A stretch of DNA of 64,000 nt from a virus (lineage: Duplodnaviria; Caudoviricetes): IMG/VR virus record IMGVR_UViG_3300028048_000042. The stretch is one strand, 5' to 3'. Below, piece by piece: positions 55,540 to 64,000 of this stretch. The stretch's first letter is position 1. Each line of letters opens with the position of its first letter. The position numbers and the translations under genes were made by a program. A model generated the notes under the pieces. That model did no database searches, was not told where the DNA came from, and worked only from the letters and a program-made list of their open reading frames with translations.

Positions 55540-58500
55540 ATGGCAAATGGGCAATTTAAAAAAGATGAAAGAGGTAATGTATATACAAGCCCTTATATTA
55601 TCGAAGACGTTGCCGATTTAAATGCTGTTAGAAATTTTTACACAAAAGATTCCACAACTAAGTACAATTTTAAATTAGATTGTCATTTGGATTTTAAGGA
55701 GTCCGATTTTGAAAATTGGACTCCAATTCCAAATTTCCTTGGAACTTTTGATGGTAATTTCAATTGCATTTATAATCTCAAAATAAAGGATAAAACATTA
55801 GATGATGTTGGATTGTTTTCTAATATTAAAGAAGGTTCTACTATTTGCAATTTGGCGTTAATGAATGTTGATATTGAGGCTCGTGATAATGTAGGTGCTA
55901 TTATTGGGAACGTGAACAAAGATTCTATTAATATTTCCACTTGCTATGTTCACGGTTCAATTAAAGGCAATGATAATGTCGGCGCAATTGTTGGTAGAAA
56001 TTTATCTCGTCAAAATAATTTCATAAAGCAATGCATTACAGAATGTGATGTCGTTGGTCATGAAAATATTGGTGGTCTTGCAGGTTCATTTACATCATTT
56101 AACAAAACAAAACCATGTAACATTGTACACAATTTTGCTTTTGGTACAGTGAATGGTGAAAACTTTATTTCAACTAATGCTACCGTTGGATTGAATGATG
56201 ATTATAGTGTGTATGGACATAATTATTTTGATAAAGATAGAATCCCTAATTATTATCCTGATGAAAAAGCAGAAGGATATGAAAAGAAATACTTCTTTAA
56301 TCGAAATAATTTTGAAGAATTATTGACAGATTATTATACAAAAGATAATCATAATTTAGGTTTGTGGCGTTTTTCAAATAAAAACTATGTAGGATTTAAT
56401 TGGTTATTTAATATATATTCTGTCTTTAGAATTGATGGTGAATTATATAGTTATAATTCAGGACATGGTGATTTTGTTAAGATAGAAGATGTTCCTGAAA
56501 AACTCACATTTAATTTCTTTTATCAGCATGGTATTAAGAATGTTGGTGTTATTACATCTTCAGAAATTAGAAATGCAATGAATGGCAAAAATATTACTGT
56601 GCTGTCTGCATGTGAAAGCGGTACAGGAAAATATAAGCCAAACGTAACAGCCAATATTAAAACGGATAAAATTCGCTCTTCTTGTTCTGTTGATTTGTTT
56701 ACAATTGAACAATCCAATACTTTGGAATTTGATAGTTTTGAAGATATGGATAAAAAATATTCTGTAACAACTGTTGAGAAGAAAGAAAAAGAAAATCTTC
56801 CTTTGTCAATTATTGCTGAAAATGAAACAGAACGAGAGAAACCAAATGTTAAAATTTTGGTTAAATCAGATAAAAAAGAAGCAATTCCTGATGATGCTGA
56901 ATTCTCAATCCAGGTTACTGATAATACACAGCAATCTGAAAAATCTGCATTAAATGATAAACGTCACATTGAAATCCATGCTTCAAAACAGCATGAATTG
57001 AGAGATTTCAATATGAGTATTAGTGCAGAAAACAACAATAAACATATTGACCCACATCAAAAATTGCGTATTGTTAAAGATGATAGGGAATTGGCACAAA
57101 AAATCAAGACTAATCTCACCTATACATTATACAATACAGTTTCACAGCAGACTCGTGGCGTAAATGTAGTAGCAACAGGTAAAAACAAATCTCGTTATTT
57201 GCTTTCTGTTAATAATGGTCAGAGTTGGCTGACTTATAACAAAGAAAAGAACAATTGGGTTTCTGCTAATTTGGCAAACGTACATGACGAAGGTGTAACG
57301 GTTGAAGATTTGAAATCTCGTGCTATTATGAATAGCTTACCAACCAATTATGCTTCAAAGTTAAAAATTGCTTCAGCTATTTCAGCAGATGCTTTCAATT
57401 CCACATTCAATATTCGTGATATTAATATTACATTTGAGGAAAATGAAGGCCCTGAAGTTCTCAATGCAGGTACAATGTCTGATAATGATTATGTAACCAT
57501 TACAGGTACTTTAAATGATAAAGAAAACGATACAGTTTCTTATCGTATTCTTACAAAACATCAGTTAGAGCCTGACTATCATCAGATTTATCCTGCAAAT
57601 AAAAATGGTTGGCTTGCTAAGAAAAACGGTTATAAATTCACAGAAAAATTCCCACTTGGCAATTTCAAAAACGGCGCAAATGTTGTTAAAATTGAAACAA
57701 AAGACTCTCGTGGAGAATTGGCTGAAAAGTTAATCAATTTCACACTTATTACAGGTACACCAACCGTTAAAATTAATTCTCAGAATCAGTTCTATGCAAA
57801 TGTAAGTCTTGCACATACACTTGGTAGAAAAGTTCGTTTTAGAATTTATATTAACGGTGAACAAAAAGCACCTGTTAAAGAAGGAGCATGGTCTGAATGG
57901 AAAGATGTATCAGATGGAGAATACACATTTGATTACACTTGGAATACAGAAGATGTGCTTAATGGCTTGCCAAACGAAATTCGTTTTGAAGTAGAAGATG
58001 ATTTACAGACTATTGTTAATGAACAGTTTAGCGTTATTGGCGAATATAAATCATTGCTCTTTAAAGATACCAATGGATTCTATTATTCTACCGATACAGG
58101 CGATATTCTTCAGCAGTTGGATTTTGGTACTATTGTTGGCGGTGTATTGTCAGACGCATATCCTGTTATTATTGAGAATAAGACAGGCTTGGCTATGAAT
58201 GATGTTATTATCTATCCTGATGCTTTAACTCAGGAAGACAAAACAAAGATTCTCTTGTCTTATGATAAGGATTTCGTTGCTTCAAATGAAACAATTACAG
58301 TTAAAAACTATGATACTTATGGGGTTGTCAATAAGATTGATAAGTATGAAAATGCAATTAAAGTACCTTATGTACTCGAAAACAATGATACTTATACATT
58401 CTATGTAAGAATTGATTCTGAAGTTGATGCTAATTCTTATAAGAATAAAACCTTCCGTGTTCTTGCAACAGGTACACCTGTCGATACCAAATTGATTACA

Positions 58501-58959
58501 ACCATTCTTCCAAAAACAGATTATGAAGAAAATTATATTAATTCAACTGTTCTTGATGATGGTGAAGGTCTGTTTGATATTGAAATCAATGACATGGCAG
58601 ATAAATACACGTTGAATGGTTCTTCTATTTATGTAACAGGTGATACCGTATTTAAATGGATGTCAGGTCGTATGACTGAAGAGAAATTTATGGCAAGACC
58701 TGTAACAGACCAAGAAATGACCGAAGCGTTGACAAGAATTAAAACACAGAATGAAGACTTCACTCCATACTCAATAGCTTGGCTTGATGACTTCTTTGTG
58801 AAGAATTATGGTGATACAGTAGTAAACCTCGTACAAGCAGGAAAACTTTCCTTCAAACGTCGTTTACGCTCACCAAAATATTATGACGGTCACGTTTCTT
58901 ATGAACATTCAGGCAAACCTGCAATGTCTGTAAGCAAATATGGAATAAGAGAAAAATAA
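55540..58959 (+). CDS. Large GLUG-type protein 7 with Ig-like C-terminal domains
   Basis: SPYIIEDVADL, DNVGAIIG, NIGGLAG; Ig-like GANVVKIETKDS. Confidence 0.75.
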   Translation: MANGQFKKDERGNVYTSPYIIEDVADLNAVRNFYTKDSTTKYNFKLDCHLDFKESDFENWTPIPNFLGTFDGNFNCIYNLKIKDKTLDDVGLFSNIKEGSTICNLALMNVDIEARDNVGAIIGNVNKDSINISTCYVHGSIKGNDNVGAIVGRNLSRQNNFIKQCITECDVVGHENIGGLAGSFTSFNKTKPCNIVHNFAFGTVNGENFISTNATVGLNDDYSVYGHNYFDKDRIPNYYPDEKAEGYEKKYFFNRNNFEELLTDYYTKDNHNLGLWRFSNKNYVGFNWLFNIYSVFRIDGELYSYNSGHGDFVKIEDVPEKLTFNFFYQHGIKNVGVITSSEIRNAMNGKNITVLSACESGTGKYKPNVTANIKTDKIRSSCSVDLFTIEQSNTLEFDSFEDMDKKYSVTTVEKKEKENLPLSIIAENETEREKPNVKILVKSDKKEAIPDDAEFSIQVTDNTQQSEKSALNDKRHIEIHASKQHELRDFNMSISAENNNKHIDPHQKLRIVKDDRELAQKIKTNLTYTLYNTVSQQTRGVNVVATGKNKSRYLLSVNNGQSWLTYNKEKNNWVSANLANVHDEGVTVEDLKSRAIMNSLPTNYASKLKIASAISADAFNSTFNIRDINITFEENEGPEVLNAGTMSDNDYVTITGTLNDKENDTVSYRILTKHQLEPDYHQIYPANKNGWLAKKNGYKFTEKFPLGNFKNGANVVKIETKDSRGELAEKLINFTLITGTPTVKINSQNQFYANVSLAHTLGRKVRFRIYINGEQKAPVKEGAWSEWKDVSDGEYTFDYTWNTEDVLNGLPNEIRFEVEDDLQTIVNEQFSVIGEYKSLLFKDTNGFYYSTDTGDILQQLDFGTIVGGVLSDAYPVIIENKTGLAMNDVIIYPDALTQEDKTKILLSYDKDFVASNETITVKNYDTYGVVNKIDKYENAIKVPYVLENNDTYTFYVRIDSEVDANSYKNKTFRVLATGTPVDTKLITTILPKTDYEENYINSTVLDDGEGLFDIEINDMADKYTLNGSSIYVTGDTVFKWMSGRMTEEKFMARPVTDQEMTEALTRIKTQNEDFTPYSIAWLDDFFVKNYGDTVVNLVQAGKLSFKRRLRSPKYYDGHVSYEHSGKPAMSVSKYGIREK

Positions 58960-59003
58960 TTGATTGGCAAAAATGGGATTGATTATTTTCAACTCTCGCT
59001 ATT

Positions 59004-59033
59004 AAAGAGTAGGTTAAACCCTACTCTTTATTT
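59004..59033 (+). terminator. Rho-independent terminator
   Basis: TAAAGAGTAGG-TTAAAC-CCTACTCTTTATTT. Confidence 0.75.
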
Positions 59034-59191
59034 ATTTTATGAGCAAAAGATTAAACCTATATCTGTTAGTGCGTAGTCTTTTGTATCTTCTTTTTGCTCC
59101 TTGCCACGTATCAATACAATGGTTAAAGCCAAGGTGCAAAAGACAATCCAAATAAAACAATACAATGTTAAATTCGGAGTGTGATTTAAAA

Positions 59192-61231
59192 ATGTTTAGT
59201 ATTAAAGAATTTAAATTTCAAAATGATGCTGTAAAACATTTCGAAAAAAATGTTAAAAATCAGAGCATTACTTTGAAATTTGGCGGTCAGTTGGAAGAAG
59301 GTGTAAGTGATTACAAACTCATGGCAACTGTTACTAACAAAGAAGCGTTTGAAGATTTGTCATACGTAGATAATTATGACGAAGGAAAAGTTCACAAATC
59401 TTTGTTAAGTGATGCAGGCGAACATGAAATCACTTCTTTTGCTAAAATGCAAAGCGCAGAGGTTGAAAACGGAGAATTCAATATTTCGTATACAACCAAA
59501 GAAGATTTTGCAGAAGAACCAACTGTAACAGTGTTTGTTCGTAAAGTTTTGGCAGATGGTGCTACTGTGGATTTGGAAGATACAAAACTTGTTCTTCCTG
59601 CTAAAGAAGAATCAACTGAAACACCAACAGAAGAACAGACTGAACCTCCTGTAGCGCAAATGGCTTTCTTACATAGCGTTGATACATTTGTCAACCACAC
59701 AGCAGATGCTGATGCACAAGTATTCTATAAGAATATGGGTACAGATGGTAAGAAAGTTTCTACAAAATTCAGAATTAAAAAAGATGGTGTTGAGTTAAGC
59801 GAAACACAGTTAGCAGAAATGCTTCAATCTTTGATGGTTGAATGTGCAGGAGCTGTCGAACTCCATTATCCTGAACAGTCATTAGCTGATGTTCTTAATC
59901 CACTTGTTGATGTAGTTCGTAAAGATAACCAATCTGATGTTTATAAAATTTTGGTTAGCTTCAAAAATGAAGTGCAGGGCAACTTTGAGTTTGTTTTGAC
60001 CACAGAAGTTGAAGGGGTAGAACCTGTATCAATTTCTCGTGCAGTTCGTATTATTACTCCTGAACAGGCTTTGACTGAATATGAATCAGTAGTAAAAGAT
60101 ATGGCTGATAGCGATATTGCAACTATTGAAACAAAGAAAGCTGAGTTGGAAACAGCACGAATTGCTGCTCGTTCTGCAATTGATGGCTTAGAAGACGGTG
60201 ATACAAAAACCACTCTTGAAGGTCGTTATGCAAATGCTTTGAATAATCAGAACGAAGCCTTTAAATTATACTACCTATATAAGTCAAAAAACAATCATTT
60301 ATCCTTATTCAAAGTAAAAAATGTAGGTGGTAATTTACCATTCAAGGTAATGTTTGAAAAAGACCCTGCAATTGGTAATGCAACTGAAGCATTCTATTAT
60401 GCGAAAGACAATAATGTAGCTGTACCACTTGCTAACCTTGTACCAAATCAGAACTACATTGATATGGCAAACACCAATGGTGAATACATCTATATTTACA
60501 AAATTGGTGATAAGTTCTATCGTACCGCAGTTACCGTAGCCGAAAATAAAGTATCTAAAGTAGATAATATTGAAGTAGATGCAACCAAGATTGCTGAACA
60601 GGGTGGAGTATTCATTCCTGATGGCAAAGCCGTAGATACATCTGCACTGAGTAATGCTATTGCTACTGCAAATGCTTTAAATGAAGCACATGCGGTAGGT
60701 TCTGAAGTAGGACAAGTACCACAGAATCAGAAAGAAGCGTTTGAACAGGCTATTGCGGATGCACAGGCTGTTTTGAACAATGAAGATTCTACCGCAGAAG
60801 ATGTAGCTAAAGCAGTAGAAGATTTAAATAAAGCAATTGAAGAATTTGATTCTTTCATTGTGGATTACACAGTAGACAAAACTGCACTCAGAAAGGCAAT
60901 TGATGAATATACAGCGATTGCAAATAGTGCAGTAGTAGGTACTGAGATTGGTCAAACAACTCAGGAAAACATTGATGCATTGAAATCTGCCATTAGCGTT
61001 GCACAACAGGCAATGGACGGCGTAAGCGATACACTCAATTACGACAAGAAGGAAGATTATGAAGCTGACGTAAAGATTATTGCTGATGCTTTACAGGCAT
61101 TGGAAGAAGCGAAAGCACAATATGATGAAAATGTTGTTAGCAGTGCTTCATTTGCGAAAGATAAGGTAGCTATGTACGAAACAGCAGCAAGCCTTTTCTT
61201 AGAGAATATTAGAAAAAAAATCAATATCTAA
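59192..61231 (+). CDS. Large surface/virion protein, part 1, two FIVAR-like helical domains
   Basis: VDTSALSNAIATA...AFEQAIADAQAVL...LNKAIEEF; VDKTALRKAI...; GGAG SD before ATG 59192. Confidence 0.75.
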   Translation: MFSIKEFKFQNDAVKHFEKNVKNQSITLKFGGQLEEGVSDYKLMATVTNKEAFEDLSYVDNYDEGKVHKSLLSDAGEHEITSFAKMQSAEVENGEFNISYTTKEDFAEEPTVTVFVRKVLADGATVDLEDTKLVLPAKEESTETPTEEQTEPPVAQMAFLHSVDTFVNHTADADAQVFYKNMGTDGKKVSTKFRIKKDGVELSETQLAEMLQSLMVECAGAVELHYPEQSLADVLNPLVDVVRKDNQSDVYKILVSFKNEVQGNFEFVLTTEVEGVEPVSISRAVRIITPEQALTEYESVVKDMADSDIATIETKKAELETARIAARSAIDGLEDGDTKTTLEGRYANALNNQNEAFKLYYLYKSKNNHLSLFKVKNVGGNLPFKVMFEKDPAIGNATEAFYYAKDNNVAVPLANLVPNQNYIDMANTNGEYIYIYKIGDKFYRTAVTVAENKVSKVDNIEVDATKIAEQGGVFIPDGKAVDTSALSNAIATANALNEAHAVGSEVGQVPQNQKEAFEQAIADAQAVLNNEDSTAEDVAKAVEDLNKAIEEFDSFIVDYTVDKTALRKAIDEYTAIANSAVVGTEIGQTTQENIDALKSAISVAQQAMDGVSDTLNYDKKEDYEADVKIIADALQALEEAKAQYDENVVSSASFAKDKVAMYETAASLFLENIRKKINI

Positions 61232-64000
61232 TACTCGAACAATTACGCCAAGAAGCGTTTTTAGCACTAACAGATATAGATGATAAGGAGAGTGCAGAAT
61301 ATAATCGTTTGTATAAGCGTTATATGAATGCACTCTCTTTACAATATAAAGGGCTACATTTAATGGTAGCTGACGGTGCTGAAAATATGGCATTTTATTC
61401 ATTCCAAACAATTGATAATAAAATTTATTTAGATTGTGATGAAGGATATAAGCCATTTGAAGCTTCGGAAGCATATATGTTCGCTCCATCAGGATATTGG
61501 AAAACCGTCAATAAAGATGAACTTTTCCCTGACGATTATCCGACAGATTTATTGCAGAGTATGCGTGATGGTACTGCAAGCAAAGAGGAAAAGAATGGTG
61601 TTTTTATTAATACCAATGTAAGTGACGGTATATATGAATACTACTACAATTTCTATGAAAAATGGAAGAAGATAATTGTAGTAATAGAAGATAAAAAAGT
61701 CAAAGAAATCAATGGAATACATATCAATCATAGTAATGATAAAGATGTATTTAAATTTGATTATAACGCTGACTTTATGATTTATTTTGATATAAATCAG
61801 CAATTCAGGGAAGATTTACCCACAACATTATTAGTTCAACAGGTAGATGCTAGTGAATTGGCAATCAACCTAACGGTATTACGTCAAGACGAATCTTCCA
61901 TACCTGTAGATGTGTTGGTAACGCACAGGTCTGACTTATTTACATACTTAAATATTTCAAACATCATAGATATACCAACTGAATTTGTAGTACAGCGTAA
62001 AGACAAAACAGAAAGACCAATTAATTTTGTAGTACAGCAATATGATGAAAGCAATGTATATATAGATTTGATTGTAGTAAGACATGATTTGAGTGAATTA
62101 CCAATCAATTTCACAGTATATAACAGCGTTACATTACCGACAGAATTTGTAGTACAACAGAAAGATTATAGTTCCATACCAACGTATGTAAATATTCAAC
62201 GTGTCGAAAAATCAGAATTCCCTGTTACACTGATAGTAAAACAAAATTGCGAATGGACAAATTTTGTTATGCAATTCGTAGTACAGAGGAATGATTATAG
62301 CGACTTACATACAAGTGTTTATGTAATTGGTAATGGTGATTATAAGAACAGAGAATATCGACCTGATGAAATGCCAATCAATTTTGAGATTGGAGAAATT
62401 TACTGTGAAAATGAATTGCCTGTAACAATGGCTATTAAAGGACATAGTGATAGTGAATTACCAATTAAATTCATGGTATCACAATACGTTAATAGCTTTG
62501 AACAAGTAATTAACATAGAAGCAGACGATAAAGTATATCAGGAAGAAGAATTACCTGTATTCTTAGCGGTAGGTGTATTGTGTGATGAAGAATTGCCAAT
62601 AACCATGTATATTCAGCAGAGAGTAAGGCTTGATACTGAATCTGATGGTGTTGGACGAGGGGAATCACACTTCGATATTTCCATGACAGTTGTATCATGT
62701 GGTAAGGAAGAAATTCCTGTAACCATGTATATTGACAACAACACGTTTATGGAAGAAATTTGCAATATAAATATTCATGGTGAAGATGAATTACCGACCA
62801 AATTCTATGTTGGACAAGGGGTTTATAATGACCTTGATACAAAATTAATTGTAACCAACAGTAATATTCTTGAAGGATTGAGTTCCTTAGAACATCAGAA
62901 GTATTATGATAATTCAGAATTACCAATTAACTTAGTAGTTAAATCAGATTATCAAAACAATGATTTACCGATTACATTTAATGTAATTGCGAAAGCAGGT
63001 AAATTTGAGTTATTATTCAGCGGATTCACACAGCTTGGAACATTTGATGTTAGGACTAAACTTTACGTAGCACATACTGTTACGGAAGAACTTCCTGTAT
63101 ACATGAATGTAATTAAGCAACATAATGCTGTCTTGTTGGCAGAAGGAGAAATTTCTTCTGAAAGTTATAGTGATGTACCAACATTTATTAATGTAGTACA
63201 TATTAAACACAATGAATTAGAAACATACTTGTTTGTAACACCTTGGGGCGTACAGAACAATATTGTTGATAACATTGCGCCAACATATTATGATATACCA
63301 ACATTTATTGGTGTTGCTTCGATTGAAGAATTGCCAATAGACTTCTACGTATCAACGGAAAAAACTGCTCCTGTAATTGAAACAACAAGAAATATTGCTA
63401 AGATTCAGCATGAGAAAGTAAGTATTCCTGCATTGAAGGATAGTTATAACTATAACTTGGCGCAGACCATGAACTATGGTAAAAAACCAAGATTGAATAT
63501 TGCTAATACAAATACCTTTGATAAGATGACAACTATTGTTGGATTTAATTTGAAGGAATTGAAGATTAGCAAGAAGGATAGAAGTTATGATTACTTCAAC
63601 TATCAGGCAATCAAGAAAGCTGAACTAAGATTTAATGTAGAAAGTACATTATCAAATCCTGCAACTATTAAAGTATATTCTGTTCCAAACAAATGGATTG
63701 AAACAAATATCAACTATAAGAATGCAAAAGAATTTGAAATGACATTGGTTACAGAAGTACCTGCGCCTAAGAAGGAAGGTATTTTCACCATTGACATTAC
63801 TAATGACTTTGTTGATTATCATAAATCTAAGAGCACAGAACGTAGTTACTTGTTAGCTATTGAGGACACATACAAAAATACTGAAATCCTCACAATGAGT
63901 TCATTGCAGAGCGCAAAAGCTGATAGTGAAAAACCAAGTATTGTTATTGATTATTATTGGACACCTGAAAGCTGTCGTTGGGAAGATATTCCAACAACAA
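61213..64000 (+). CDS. Part 2 (frame +1, open to window end): ELPxxxxV repeats and DNRLRE-like domain; probably fused to part 1 by a -1 shift
   Basis: Manual translation shows no stop from 61213 to 64000; KDSY...NYG...FNL...IKKAELRF...IKVYSV...WIETNINY...IDIT...KPSIVIDY. Confidence 0.8.

Noticed and set aside
18-63210. Minus-strand and short nested plus-strand ORFs in the track
   Set aside because: They overlap well-supported + strand genes, have shadow-ORF composition and show no recognisable motifs.
1-64000. Alternative genetic code (stop recoding)
   Set aside because: Conserved genes are full length in code 11, and TAA, TGA and TAG all occur at natural gene ends.

Overview
AT-rich, gene-dense segment with all credible genes on the + strand. 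It is most consistent with a large (probably jumbo) contractile-tailed phage of a Bacillota/Firmicutes host, based on sigmaA-type TTGACA-N17-TATAAT promoters, strong SD sequences and Firmicutes-like HU/GyrB/ClpX/RecJ. Layout: (1) 1-19.8 kb baseplate/tail module with a frameshifted homing endonuclease; (2) 19.9-43.5 kb replication/regulation module (SF2 helicase, DnaC-like loader, DnaB, CHC2 Zn finger, two HU, M15 peptidase, GyrB/GyrA, 2H phosphoesterase, ClpX, RecJ, WYL protein, sigma factor); (3) 43.7-64 kb structural/adhesion module with seven tandem GLUG-type paralogues and a very large FIVAR/DNRLRE protein. Most notable: an SF2 helicase that needs cis-splicing of a class-3 intein plus trans-splicing of a naturally split intein whose N-half is fused to a C2H2-zinc-finger endonuclease; an ORF-less 263-nt group I intron in gyrB; a structured, switch-like RNA before a stand-alone WYL gene, followed by an unannotated 55-aa ORF sharing a motif with the adjacent sigma factor; a mosaic adhesin array with CNCNC inserts; and a -1 frame switch at an A8 run that opens a >900-codon ORF missing from the ORF track. 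All family calls come from motif recognition by eye; no database searches were run.
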